Shown here: positions 35,601-49,100 of the stretch, piece by piece | Numbering within the stretch: position 1 is the first letter of the stretch | Layout of the letters: each line of letters opens with the position of its first letter | From: Macrostomum hystrix | Taxonomy: Eukaryota; Animalia; Platyhelminthes | Direction: 5' to 3' | Assembly (NCBI GenBank): GCA_950097015.1 | Contig: CATNEN010000031.1 | Coordinates: forward strand, 2,232,001 to 2,296,000 | DNA: 64,000 nucleotides | Translations under genes and position numbers: made by a program | Notes under the pieces: model-generated | Databases searched by the model: none | What the model was told of the DNA's origin: nothing | Seen by the model: the letters and a program-made list of their open reading frames with translations, nothing else

Positions 35601-35771
35601 GAAGAGTAGCACATTATATACCATAATGCATATTGCGACAGAGGACTAACTCTTTGAGAATCGTTAAACTAAACGTCAACACTGCTCGACATACATGTAT
35701 AGTGTTCCAAATAATGTTTCAAGGAGGCGCTTAATGTTTAGCGCTCATGCACAACGGTCTTTGAATGCATC

Positions 35772-36345
35772 TTACTTTACTTAATTGCAGGGGGGCCTGG
35801 GGCACTTGACGCACAAGCGCAGGAACGGCATGCCCCCAGGCCGGCGAACTAGGCGGGAGTCGCCCATCGTGCCATCTAGACCCCTGAACACAGGCACCTC
35901 ATACACAGCCGCAAGCCAAGCGGGGAAGGGGGCGGCAGCCGGAGTGCCTCTCACCCCAGGCCCGCAACACGCACAGAGCCGACCAAACCAGGGGAGGACT
36001 TACATGCCTGAAGGGTAGGGACGAGAGGACCAAGCCACGCGCGCAGACGGCTGGTGAAACCTCGCCGCTCAGAGCACGCATGGCTGGTGCACTACCCCCC
36101 CACCCCCCATACAACGCCTCACACCCGGCCCAACGCACAAACACAAACAAGCAGGCATGCAGAAGGCAGGAGCGAAGCTATTATTTCAAGCTTTGATTGC
36201 ACGAAATATGGTGCACCTCCGCCGGTCGCTACTGTCCAAACCCCCCCAACAAGTACCGAAATTAATCGTGACTTGAAGGGTGAATCGAACTAGCGTCCTT
36301 TGGAGTGCGAGGCAGCGACGTTAGCCGCTGACCCCACTCGCCGCC
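35772..36345 (-). mobile_element. tRNA-derived SINE family B, 574 bp, with a perfect 13-bp TSD
   Basis: CTTTGAATGCATC at 35759-35771 and 36346-36358. The head GGCGGCGAGTGGGGTCAGCGG...GTTCGATTC resembles family A, and the 3' end is CCCCTGCAATTAAGTAAAGTAAG. Confidence 0.85.
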
Positions 36346-37249
36346 CTTTGAATGCATCACTTCTAATTAGGTCTCCTCACCTAATTTACAAACCACCATG
36401 CACTTCAACTGTAGCTTTTCTGCTGGCTTTCTTGTTGTGAGTTATTGGGGCAGCATATGCTCAATTAAAGTATATATAGTATATTACTATGTATATATAT
36501 AGTTAATATACATAGCACCACGGCTCATTCAAGCATAGCCGCGATTAGCGAGTGACTCAAATTTGTTTGAGATGGCGGGATTTCTATAACTAGATAATTC
36601 ACAGAGCTCATGCAGTTCAATCGTCAGTAGTAAAACGAGTACATAATATGAATAGCACAGAATGTGATGCTCTCTGTTGAACAGATAATTTTTCTTAAGG
36701 ACAAAGAATATTGCTAGAAATAGATAGAAATAAATAGATAGATTTAAATTACAACTTACCCTGCACCTAGCCCAGTTGGGCCAACAGCACTGTCAAGGCT
36801 GTGTACAGATCGCTGTTCAGTCCGTGGACTGGGAAGGCCCACCATTTCCCATGGCCTATACACAAATGCTGGTACTCAGTGTTACAAAACTGAAACCCTC
36901 GGTAATTAAGTGTTTTAGGCTTTAGGACCCAAATAGTCTCCATTGGTGTTTAGATTGGAACTCCCTACCTCTCTCAATCAAGCTCAAACAATTGGGCTGC
37001 AAGCTTCCTACAAGCTACAAAGACTAACAAGAAACACTACGATCACCTTGATCCTTGTTTTTAGAAGCATCAAAGCTCTCAAATTGGCCTCGAAAATGTA
37101 TTTGTTGACGGGCTTAGGGTGCTAATGAAAATGTACTTTTTAAAAGTTGCTTATTAGTTTTTTACCAAAACTGTTCGATAACAAAAATATTTCAAGTCAT
37201 GACGAGCCAAGTCCTCAACTTGGTTTGATTTGAAGAGGCCTTCACAGCC

Positions 37250-37972
37250 TCAGAAGTACTGTTTGGCATACTTTTGCCAAGCTGAATTATTCTCGATCGC
37301 CACCCCGACGCTGGAGTCGGCGAATTCCAGCATGCGGCAGGCTCCGGTGGCGGTGTTGTGCAGCACGGCCCGGCACTCCCAGCGCTTTATGCACTCCCAG
37401 AGGCACAGCAGCTGCGACGTCGCCGCTGGGACACCCGCAGTTTCCAAGTCAGTGAAGCAGTATACCGGGCTGATGTTGCCCAGCTGCAGGAATTCTTGGC
37501 GGCGCAGCAAGCTGCTGTTAGGCGTGACAATCGGCTGGCAGGCGAAGTAGTAGCTTCCGCGACCAATCTCCGCGTCAGTCAGCCCGCCCAATCCGATCAC
37601 CATCGAGTCGTCCTCCGCGGCTTGGTTGTTTGGCTTGTTGATGGCCCAGTCTGCATCGCCCAGCTCGGGAAACAAGCTGCCATTAGCGAAGCGCCAACCA
37701 GAGCGACCCTTCTGGCGCTCGACCAGCAGGTCGGTGACGCCAGTGTACACGTAGTTCTTTATTCGGTTGACTGCTCGGATTGCTGGCAACTCGGTGAGAA
37801 GCTCTCCACCGATGGAAAGACAGTAGGCTGCAGCGCTGCACCACGGAGTGGTGAAGTTGCTGATGTGCACGCACTGGCCGGAATAGTCGGTGTATGGCCC
37901 AGGGCAGGCGGCTCGCGGACAAACAGGCAGCAGCAGTAGAAATGTGAACAGCGGCTTTGAAAATAAAAACAT
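37250..37972 (-). CDS. Secreted C-type-lectin-domain plus PAN/apple-like-domain protein, intronless, ~240 aa
   Basis: Signal peptide MFLFSKPLFTFLLLLPVCPRA. CTLD pattern CP..Y....GQC...W..A..YC...GGEL...TGVTD...GWRFANG...W....KPNN...YFAC. The C-terminal C..EC....EC.A..H.....C pattern is PAN-like. Confidence 0.85.
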   Translation of the reverse strand: MFLFSKPLFTFLLLLPVCPRAACPGPYTDYSGQCVHISNFTTPWCSAAAYCLSIGGELLTELPAIRAVNRIKNYVYTGVTDLLVERQKGRSGWRFANGSLFPELGDADWAINKPNNQAAEDDSMVIGLGGLTDAEIGRGSYYFACQPIVTPNSSLLRRQEFLQLGNISPVYCFTDLETAGVPAATSQLLCLWECIKRWECRAVLHNTATGACRMLEFADSSVGVAIENNSAWQKYAKQYF

Positions 37973-38225
37973 TCTGCAGCTCACGAGTTGATGTCAGAAA
38001 GTTTTTTACTCGCAACTTTGTGCAATAATTGTCTTGAGCAGCAATTCAGCTTGGTAGGCATTGTTTGTCAGCGTTCTGATTGGTTGAGAGACTGCAGCCA
38101 ATAGAACTGCGCGTTGGATTAACGCTGAAGGAAAGCCATAGAAAAGATTGTGATAAAAAAGATAGTTCTGACATGGATGGCGGAAATGGAGACTAAACAC
38201 AGAGGGCAGGACGCACGAGACAAGT

Positions 38226-38365
38226 AGGACTGGAGGACTGGAGGTGAGGACTGGAGGTGAGGACTGGAGGTGAGGACTGGAGGTGAGGACTGGAGGTGAG
38301 GACTGGAGGTGAGGACTGGAGGTGAGGACTGGAGGTGAGCACTGGAGGTGAGGTCTGGAGGACTG
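38226..38365. repeat. 13-bp tandem repeat (GGACTGGAGGTGA)n
   Basis: About 10 copies. Confidence 0.9.
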
Positions 38366-39149
38366 CTGTATGACAGCATGGACAAAATATTTGACAGTTC
38401 AACACTTACACCAACACATAGAATGGAAAAATGGTACATTTTAAGCACTGCAGGATTTTAATTGTCCGATTCATGGATGCCTTAAGAAGGCAGGTAGAAG
38501 TTCAAAAGTTTAAAATTAACCTTTAATCCCATAATCAGATGTTGCATAAACCCGATACAGATAAATTCCATTCAACACACAAAAACACCAAGCTACGAGC
38601 GCAATGGTGACTTAGCGGTGTCTTTCATAAGGCAGTGCGCGCGTTCAAAATTGCCACGCTACCGTGCCAAAACTGTTGCAGATTCTTGCTACGCTAAACT
38701 AAATGTAAACTAAAGACGTGCCTTCAAATCAAGAAATATTTGGCCGCTAACTTTTCCGATTAACTTTATTGGTTTTATAGCCTCGCTCGCAAGCTGCCGC
38801 TCATTTAGAAAGACAAGCAACAGGCAACTTGATGTAATTAGTCAGAAAGCTTCGCTTATTCGAGCGCTGCATCCGATTCGGTCATGTGTCTCAAACCTAC
38901 ACCAGTGACGTTGCTGCTTCTGTAAACAGAAGGGGTTGGGCAGATTTCTTTACGCACAATTTGGCTTCCTTGGCCTCTTATAATTTGAATGACCCAACTG
39001 AACAACGCAACAAGGCCAAAGGTTTTAGTTGAAAAGGTTCACCTACTGATCGTGCCTGCTTCTGCGAATATTCAACTTTGTGAGTTTGTTATCAAACTTT
39101 CCAACTCCTAGGAACTTTAGTACCGGAATGACTAGCAGCATGATTATAA

Positions 39150-39472
39150 TAAATAAAATTAATTATAATCATAGTTGCCGGAGGGCACGCTGGGGGAAAG
39201 GCGCATCATTTGGTGACACTAGACCCGCAGCCAGCGAGGAGGCAATTCTGCCCATTTCCGCTGACTCCTGAGCACACACTCACACAGGTGTGCACATCTG
39301 TCCTGACTTTCTCATCGTCAGGCAGTGCACACTCTCACTGTGCCTTAAAGGTCGGCCCTCAAGCGCGTAAATTGCACGGCCAACCCCCAAAACCTTCTCT
39401 CAGAGGTTGCGCCCCAAGTGAATGTGGCCTCTCCGCGGAATCGAGCTCAGGGACCTTGGTGCGAGAGACCGC
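39150..39472 (-). mobile_element. SINE family A copy, 5'-truncated
   Basis: Reverse-complement match to the body and tail. Confidence 0.85.
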
Positions 39473-40173
39473 AGACATTCATTCAGCTTGGAATTGAGAA
39501 AACGTGACAAAAATTTGCGTTGCAGCTAAATGGTCCTCCTATTTTCTTTGCGGAAAATAAATCCTGTTTATAAGGGAGACAACAGTTAAAAAGTGCACGG
39601 TGAAGTCTGTATACATTACGTTGATTTTAAATTCTGCAAGACTCCACGAGCCACAGTAGAGAGGATAGATTAAGGAAGGACCCTGTTTCGCATACCCTTC
39701 ACAGCTAGCGCGCTCTTTTCTATCTGGGGTTCCTAATGTACAGCCGAATGTACATCATACATCTACAAACGGGCTTGGCAGGGGAGGAAGGGTGCGGGCA
39801 GTCTCACCCCAGCCAAAATAGAATTGATTTGAATGGAAAGTTGCCTAGTCTTTTTAAATTAGGTTTTTAAAGATAATTTTTTAATTAAGCCAAGATCAGG
39901 AAGGCAGGAGGGCAAATAGATCACTTGTTTGGGTCAAAGACAACTATAACGCTGTCTATTTATAACTTAAGTAAAGAAATCTGACAAGCTATGGACTCGA
40001 ACAAAGCGACTCAAAAGCCTTGTGAAGTTGGTTGTCAGATCGCTTCGTAGAATTTTACTTTTAATGCCATGTTATAAATGTTACAATCCTAAAATTCCTA
40101 ATGAGCCACTGCACATGTTGCCCTTTTTTAGCGTGATTCGGTGCTATTAGATTTGAACGAAAAGAACGAGGCA

Positions 40174-43100
40174 ATGTCCGAGCTGCTCTATCCGTCTCAA
40201 CAACGATTTCGACCGGGTTTACGTACACGCAGTCGAAGATGGCTGCTTGTTCTGCTGCTGTACCTCACGTCCTGCGCCGGTAAGTTCTGATCAAAGAGAA
40301 TTCTGACAATTTTTAGCTGACACAGCTTAGTAAAACTCACGTTAATTATCTTTGTACTCTATATCTAAGACTCTGGCCTTGTACCGCTTTACGCTTATAA
40401 TTAAATAAATAATATTAGTAATTGCAGGAGGCTGCGGGCAATGGCACATCATTTGGCGACACTAGACCCGCAGCCAGCGAGGAGGCAGTTCTGCCCATTT
40501 CGCTGACTCCTGAGCACACACTCACACAGGTGTGCACATCTGTCCTGACTTTCTCATCGTCAGGCAGTGTACACTCTCACTGTGCCTTGGAGGCTGGCCC
40601 TCAATGGCGTAAATTGCACGACAAGCCACCAAAACCTTCTCTCAGAGGTTGCGCCCCAAGTGAATGTGGCTTCGCCGCGGATTCGAGCTCAGGACCTTGG
40701 TGCGGGAGGCAAACACGTTAACCGCTCTGTTACTCACCCCTTTTTCGCTTAGGGCAACTTTTTTGTTGGTATTTTTATGCATTAGCCATTACATAACGAG
40801 CTTGTTTGAGCTTGAATCAAAGGTCGGGAGTTCAGTTGTGGGCCAAGGGAAAAAATTTGTGTGCTTGAGCAAGATGCTTTAAAATTGCCAATCATGGGAA
40901 ACTTAAGTAACGTATATCAGGACACAGCACTTGTTTTATGGAAATTACTCTGACATCTAAAGGCTACTTTCCTCGAAAATTAGATCGCCAATCTTCAACA
41001 TTGTATTACGGGAGTACTGTATCAGGTCAGATTGTGCATTTCTTCTTCTAGATCATTTTTTTCTATTTATCCCAATCCCTTTACAGGCAAAAGAGTTGCA
41101 GTACAACAGTCGCTGGTTGCCCAGTCCTGGCAGTCCAGTGTGTACATTGGCAACGAAGAGCACTGCTTCCTGTCCAAGCCGACTAGCCAGGAAAATTCAT
41201 GGGCCTATTTTCACTCTGGCGACGTGCCCGACGCTAACGGCTATCAGTGGCTGCTGTTGAAGCTCGCCCAGCCAGTCCGAATGGTGTCAGTGACCATCTT
41301 TGCTAGGCCGGGCGAAGGTCTGTGTCAGCTGCCTTCTCATTGTGATGTTTCTGTTTTGCTGAATGTTAATTAATGTTCATAACCGTTGAAAATACATGAT
41401 ATTGAGCCTGGCATACAGTTAATTTGAAATTTGTCAATCACTTGCCACGCAGTCAGCAGGCGGGTAGTCGGCACCGAGGTTCTGCTGGGTACCGCTCTGC
41501 CGGATGATCTGCTTCAGCCACGAAAGGACTCCCGCTGCTTGGCTAACCTGAGCAGTATGGCGGTGGCTAATGGGGCCTTCACCAATTCGTGCAGCCGGTC
41601 CGCGGGCCACGCCGAGCTGGACAGTTTGAAAATGGAATTCGCCTGCTTCAGGACCGATTGCGCCAGGGTATGTCCACTTGTTTGTCCCTGTGTCCACTTG
41701 TTTGTCCCTGTGTCCACTTGTGTGTCCCTGTGTCCACTTGTTTGTCCCTGTGTCCACTTGTTTGTCCCTGTGTCCGCTTGTTTGTCCCTGTGTCCACTTG
41801 TTTGTCCCTGTGTCCACTTGTGTGTCCCTGTGTCCACTTGTTTGTCCCTGTGTCCACTTGTTTGTCCCTGTGTCCACTTGTTTGTCCCTGTGTCCACTTG
41901 TTTGTCCCTGTGTCCACTTGTTTGTCCCTGTGTCCACTTGTTTGTCCCTGTGTCCGCTTGTTTGTCCCTGTGTCCACTTGTTTGTCCCTGTGTCCGCTTG
42001 TTTGTCCCTGTGTCCACTTGTTTGTCCCTGTGTCCGCTTGTTTGTCCCTGTGTCCACTTGTTTGTCCCTGTGTCCACTTGTTTGTCCCTGTGTTCACTTG
42101 TTTGTCCCTGTGTCCGCTTGTTTGTCCCTGTGTCCACTTGTTTGTCCCTGTGTCCACTTGTTTGTCCCTGTGTCCACTTGTTTGTCCCTGTGTCCGCTTG
42201 TTTGTCCCTGTGTCCACTTGTTTGTCCCTGTGTCCGCTTGTTTGTCCCTGTGTCCACTTGTTTGTCCCTGTGTCCACTTGTTTGTCCCTGTGTCCACTTG
42301 TTTGTCCCTGTGTCCACTTGTTTGTCCCTGTGTCCACTTGTTTGTCCCTGTGTCCACTTGTTTGTCCCTGTGTCCGCTTGTTTGTCCCTGTGTCCACTTG
42401 TTTGTCCCTGTGTCCGCTTGTTTGTCCCTGTGTCCACTTGTTTGTCTGTGTCCACTTTTTTCCATGTGTCCACTTTTTTCCATGTGTCCACTTCATTGTC
42501 CGTGTGTCCACTTCATTGTCCGTGTGTCCACTTCATTGTCCGTGTGTCTATTTCTTTGTGTGTGTCCGCTTGTTTGTTTGTGTGTCCACTTGTGCATCTT
42601 CCTGATACTATTGAGTGTGGATCATTTCACCTCTCCTTTTCTTTACTGCCAGTCTGAACAGTTTACAAAGTGTATTACGTGTAAAGACTGGAATTGAAAG
42701 AAACTGCATTACCTGCCACATGTTTTCTATAGGAGACTCGCTTCATTCTTGTTCGACGTCTGGTGCGCACGCCAGAGACAGACAAAATCTTCAACTTTAT
42801 CGGAATGGAACTGGAAGAAGGTAAACACTTTCTTGAGGATGCTGGAATGGGAGAATGGCAGGTTGGGGATGCTGGAATGGGAGAATGGCAGGTTAGGGAT
42901 GCTGGACTGGGACTGAGAGAATGGCAGGTTGGGGATGCTGGACTGGGACTGGGAGAATGGCAGGTTGGGGATGCTGGACTGGGAGAATGGCGGGTTGGGG
43001 ATGCTGGAATGGGAGAATGGCAGGTTAGGGATGCTGGACTGGGACTGGGAGAAAGGCAGGTTGGGGATGCTGGACTGGGAGAATGGCAGGTTGGGGATGC

Positions 43101-46100
43101 TGGACTGGGAGAATGGCGGGTTGGGGATGCTGGAATGGGAGAATGGCAGGTTAGGGATGCTGGACTGGGACTGGGAGAAAGGCAGGTTGGGGATGCTGGA
43201 CTGGGAGAATGGCAGGTTGGGGATGCTGGACTGGGAGAATGGCGGGTTGGGGATGCTGGAATGGGAGAATGGCAGGTTAGGGATGCTGGACTGGGACTGG
43301 GAGAATGGCAGGTTGGGGATGCTGGACTGGGACTGGGAGAATGGCAGGTTGGGGATGCTGGACTGGGAGAATGGCAGGTTGGGGATGCTGGACTGGGAGA
43401 ATGGCGGGTTGGGGATGCTGGAATGGGAGAATGGCAGGTTAGGGATGCTGGACTGGGACTGGGAGAAAGGCAGGTTGGGGATGCTGGACTGGGAGAATGG
43501 CAGGTTGGGGATGCTGGACTGGGAGAATGGCGGGTTGGGGATGCTGGAATGGGAGAATGGCAGGTTAGGGATGCTGGACTGGGACTGGGAGAATGGCAGG
43601 TTGGGGATGCTGGACTGGGACTGGGAGAATGGCAGGTTGGGGATGCTGGACTGGGAGAATGGCAGGTTGGGGATGCTGGACTGGGAGAATGGCGGGTTGG
43701 GGATGCTGGAATGGGAGAATGGCAGGTTAGGGATGCTGGACTGGGACTGGGAGAATGGCAGGTTGGGGATGCTGGACTGGGACTGGGAGAATGGCAGGTT
43801 GGGGATGCTGGACTGGGACTGGGAGAATGGCAGGTTGGGGATGCTGGACTGGGACTGGGAGAATGGCAGGTTGGGGATGCTGGACTGGGAGAATGGCGGG
43901 TTGGGGATGCTGGACTGGAAGAATGACAGGTTGGGGATGCTGGACTGGGAGAATGACAGGTTGAGGATGCTGGACTGGGAGAGTGACAGGTTGGGGATGC
44001 TGGACTGGGAGAATGACAGGTTGGGGATGCTGGACTGGGAGAATGACAGGTTGGGGATGCTGGACTGGAAGAATGACAGGTTGGGGATGCTGGACTGGGA
44101 GAATGACAGGTTGAGGATGCTGGACTGGGAGAGTGACAGGTTGAGGATGCTGGACTGGGAGAATGACAGGTTGGGGATGCTGGACTGGGAGAATGACAGG
44201 TTGGGGATGCTGGACTGGGAGAATGACAGGTTGGGGATGCTGGACTGGAAGAATGACAGGTTGGAGATGCTGGACTGGGAGAATGACATGTTGGGTATGC
44301 TGGACTGGGAGAATGGCAGGTTGGGGATGCTGGACTGGGAGAATGACAGGTTGGGGATGCTGGACTGGGAGAATGACAGGTTGGGGATGCTGGACTGGAA
44401 GAATGACAGGTTGGGGATGCTGGACTGGGAGAATGACAGGTTGGGGATGCTGGACTGGAAGAATGACAGGTTGGAGATGCTGGACTGGGAGAATGACATG
44501 TTGGGTATGCTGGACTGGGAGAATGGCAGGTTGGGGATGCTGGACTGGGACAATGACAGGTTGGGGATGCTGGACTGGGAGAATGACAGGTTGGAGATGC
44601 TGGACTGGGAGAATGGCAGGTTGGGGATGCTGGACTGGGAGAATGGCGGGTTGGGGATGCTGGACTGGGACAATGACAGGTTGGGGATGCTGGACTGGGA
44701 GAATGGCAGGTTGGGGATGCTGGACTGGGAGAATGGCGGGTTGGGGATGCTGGACTGGGACAATGACAGGTTGGGGATGCTGGAAAGTGCTGAAACTGGG
44801 AGAATGTGTGTCCAACTGTAATGTCGAAATGTTTTCAACGCACATCATCCGTGACTTGCTGAAGCTCCGCAGGCTGAGTTTCTGACTTGCTCCTTCGCTA
44901 CTCACGATGATAGCTGCTTGCGCAACGGCCTGCAGGTGCTTCGGTCCGGTCGGGATATAGAAATAGTAAAAGCTTGCCTGCCCTGCCAACCAATGGGAAT
45001 GGAATCAGTCGGTGCGCCCATCTGCCGGCTCAGCAAAAACAGGGACCGCCGACTGCGGATGGTCAGTACACCACAATGAGCAATTGTTTTAGCGACACTA
45101 GCTATCACTGAGAATCAGGTGTGGGTACACCTGTGTGCACTGGTCACTTACTGAATATTTTATCCCTCAACTGCCTGCAATTTCAGCGCATTACTAATAA
45201 AACGCTACCGGAGTTCAAAGTGATCGTTCCGCACTGTCCCCTGTGCGAACTGAAGTGCAACTACAGATGCGTTGGTCAGCCGGACGTGCTTAATGAACTC
45301 TCTGAGATTCTTCGTTTACAAGGTAGGTCTGTGCCAAGAGATTTGTTTGAGTAACATTGAAGGTCACTAAATGAGCAAGTGGTGACATAAAAAATACTAG
45401 ATGATTGAGAAAAATAATAGACTCTTGAAAATCACTGGATGATTGAGTGAGATACTGGGGACCTTGAAAATCACAGGATAATTGAGAGAGATACTAGTGA
45501 CCTTGAAAATCACAGGATAATTGAGTGACATACTGGTGACCTTGAAAACCACTGGATGATTGAGTGACATACAGGTGAGCTTGAAAATCACTGGGTGATT
45601 GAGTGACATACTGGTGACCTTGAAAATCACAGATGATTGAGTGAGATACTGGTGACCTTGAAAATCACTGGATGATTGAGTGGCATACAAGTGACCTTGA
45701 AAATCACTGGATGATTGAGTGGCATACAAGTGACCTTGAAAATCACTGGGTGATTGAGTGAGATACTGGTGACCTTGAAAATAAATTTTTCGCGTGACAT
45801 GATTGCGGCCTTGGAAATCATAAGTCGGGTGAGCTAATTGGGACCCGGAAAATCGCTGCACGGCCGGTTAAAGATGACGATGACCTTGACAAGTTACTAT
45901 AGCGCTAAATTATTTTAAAGCGACTATGAAAAGTGAAAAGTAATTGATTATCTGTAAGCTTGTCGTTGTAACTGCCTGCCCACCCCAAAATCTGATTGAT
46001 TATAGTAAAGCCGCGCGCTGTCAAGCTGCAATTCGGCGAAGGCAACTTGGCTGGGCATCAGCAGCAGCTGCTGCAGCGCTTTTGGCCAGCGAACACTGAT

Positions 46101-49100
46101 GCAATATTCCTATTCTTCACTGAGTCCGGCCTACCAAAGCCTGAGCACAGCTGTGTACTCACTGGCGGCCAGTGCGCCCTTGGCGGCACAGTGCTCATCC
46201 CTGAACAAGAGAGTGTAAGCATTTCTGCATGGATTGGGGTGGCGCTGGTGTACAACCAATTAATATTCAGTAAGCCAATTTATTTTAGGTTCAAGCAGAG
46301 AACGGCCTGGGTTCGAGCCTGACTTACAGCCTGTCCAGCAAGTATCGCCTGTTCGCCAATGCTTCCATTGAGCATTGCGTCTTGGTGTGCGTGACGCAAC
46401 AGCCTGGCACCGATTGGAGCGTCACTAAGCGGGAAAACATGCCCCAGCTTGTCTGTGAGCCTCTCTTTGTACCTGATCTAAAAACTGACTTTTAGAAGAC
46501 AGGCTTGAGTAGATGAGGGAGACAGGCTTTGAGGCCTAATTAGTTGAGGGAGACAGGCTTTGAGGCTTAATTAGTTGAGGGAGACAGGCTTTGAGGCTTA
46601 ATTAGTTGAGGGAGACAGGCTTTGAGGCTTAATTAGTTGAGGGAGACAAGCTTTGAGACTGCAGTAGTTGAGGTAGACAGGCTTTGAGACTGCAGTAGTT
46701 GAGGGAGACAAGCTTTGAGACTGCAGTGGTTGAGGGAGACAAGCTTTGAGACTGCAGTAGATGAGGGAGACAGGCTTTGAGACTGCAGTAGATGAGGGAG
46801 ACAAGCTTTGAGACTGCAGTAGATGAGGGAGACAAGCTTTAAGGCTTAAGTAGTTGAGGGAGACATGCTTTAAGGCTTGAGTAGTTGAGGGAGACAGGCT
46901 TTGAGACTGCAGTAGATGAGGGAGACAAGCTTTGAGACTGCAGTAGATGAGGGAGACAAGCTTGAAGGATTGAGTAGATGAGGGAGACAAGCTTGAAGGA
47001 TTGAGTAGATGAGGGAGACAAGCTTTAGGGATTGAGTAGATGAGGGAGACATGCTTTAAGGATTGAGTAGATGAGGGAGACAGGCTTTAGGGATTGAGTA
47101 GATGAGGGAGACAAGCTTTAAGGATTGAGTAGATGAGGGAGACAAGCTTGAAGGATTGAGTAGATGAGGGAGGCAAGCTTTAAGGATTGAGTAGTTGAGG
47201 GAGACAAGCTTTAAGGATTGAGTAGATGAGGGAGGCAAGTTTTAAGGATTGAGTAGATGAGGGAGTCAAGCTTCAAGGATTGAGTAGTTGAGGGAGACAA
47301 GCTTTAAGGATTGAGTAGTTGAGGAAGACAAGCTTTAAGGATTGAGTAGATGAGGGAGTCAAGCTTTAAGGATTGAGTAGATGAGGGAGTCAAGCTTTAA
47401 GGATTGAGTAGATGAGGGAGACAAGCTTTAAGGATTGAGTAGATGAGGGAGGCAAGCTTTAAGGATTGAGTAGATGAGGGAGACAAGCTTTAAGGATTGA
47501 GTCGATGAGGGAGACAAGCTTTAGGGATTGAGTAGATGAGGGAGACAAGCTTTAAGGATTGAGTAGATGAGGGAGACAAGCTTTAAGGATTGAGTAGATG
47601 AGGGAGACAAGCTTTAGGGATTGAGTAGATGAGGGAGACAAGCTTTAAGGATTGAGTAGATGAGGGAGACAAGCTTTAGGGATTGAGTAGTTGAGGGAGA
47701 CAAGCTTTAGGGATTGAGTAGATGAGGGAGACAAGCTTTAAGGATTGAGTAGATGAGGGAGACAAGCTTTAAGGATTGAGTAGTTGAGGGAGACAAGCTT
47801 TAAGGATTGAGTAGTTGAGGGAGACAAGCTTTAAGGATTGAATAGATGAGGGAGACAAGCTTTAGGGATTGAGTAGATGAGGGAGACAAGCTTTAAGGAT
47901 TGAGTAGTTGAGGGAGACAAGCTTTAAGGATTGAGTAGATGAGGGAGACAAGCTTTAGGGATTGAGTAGTTGAGGGAGACAAGCTTTAAGGATTGAGTAG
48001 ATGAGGGAGACAAGCTTTAAGGATTGAGTAGTTGAGGGAGGCAAGCTTTAAGGATTGAGTAGATGAGGGAGACAAGCTTTAAGGATTGAGTAGATGAGGG
48101 AGACAAGCTTTAAGGATTGAGTAGATGAGGGAGACAAGCTTTAAGGATTGAGTAGATGAGGGAGACAAGCTTTAAGGATTGAGTAGATGAGGGAGACAAG
48201 CTTTAAGGATTGAGTAGATGAGGGAGACAAGCTTTAAGGATTGAGTAGATGAGGGAGACAAGCTTTAGGGATTGAGTAGATGAGGGAGACAAGCTTTAAG
48301 GATTGAGTAGTTGAGAGAGACAAGCTTTAAGGATTGAGTAGATGAGGGAGACAAGCTTTAAGGATTGAGTAGATGAGGGAGACAAGCTTTAAGGATTGAG
48401 TAGATGAGGGAGACAAGCTTTAAGGATTGAGTAGTTGAGGGAGGCAAGCTTTAAGGATTGAGTAGATGAGGGAGACAAGCTGTAGGGATTGAGTAGATGA
48501 GGGAGACAAGCTTTAGGGATTGAGTAGTTGAGGGAGACAAGCTTTTAGGATTGAGTAGATGAGGGAGACAAGCTTTAAGGATTGAGTAGTTGAGGGAGAC
48601 AAGCTTTTAGGATTGAGTAGTTGAGGGAGACAAGCTTTAGGGATTGAGTAGATGAGGGAGACAAGCTTTAAGGATTGAGTAGTTGAGGGAGTCAAGCTTT
48701 AAGGATTGAGTAGATGAGGGAGACAAGCTTCAAGGATTGAGTAGTTGAGGGAGACAAGCTTTAAGGATTGAGTAGATGAGGGAGACAAGCTTTAAGGATT
48801 GAGTAGATGAGGGAGACAAGCTTTAAGGATTGAGTAGATGAGGGAGACAAGCTTTAAGGATTGAGTAGATGAGGGAGACAAGCTTTAAGGATTGAGTAGA
48901 TGAGGGAGACAAGCTTTAAGGATTGAGTAGATGAGGGAGACAAGCTTTAGGGATTGAGTAGTTGAGGGAGACAAGCTTTAAGGATTGAGTAGATGAGGGA
49001 GACAAGCTTTAAGGATTGAGTAGATGAGGGAGACAAGCTTCAAGGATTGAGTAGTTGAGGGAGACAAGCTTTAAGGATTGAGTAGATGAGGGAGACAAGC

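Noticed and set aside
41431-44989. Long Cys-rich, Trp-rich and Ser/Pro-rich repeat ORFs (CPLVCPCVHL, GMLDWEN, SQSSIPN, PVQHPQP)
   Set aside because: They are open in many frames on both strands and lie within receptor introns 3 and 4 bounded by GT/AG. Only the short non-repeat ends are exonic.
45077-45079. In-frame TGA after receptor exon 5 as possible selenocysteine or readthrough
   Set aside because: A good donor (ATG|GTCAGT at 45062) upstream removes it in phase.
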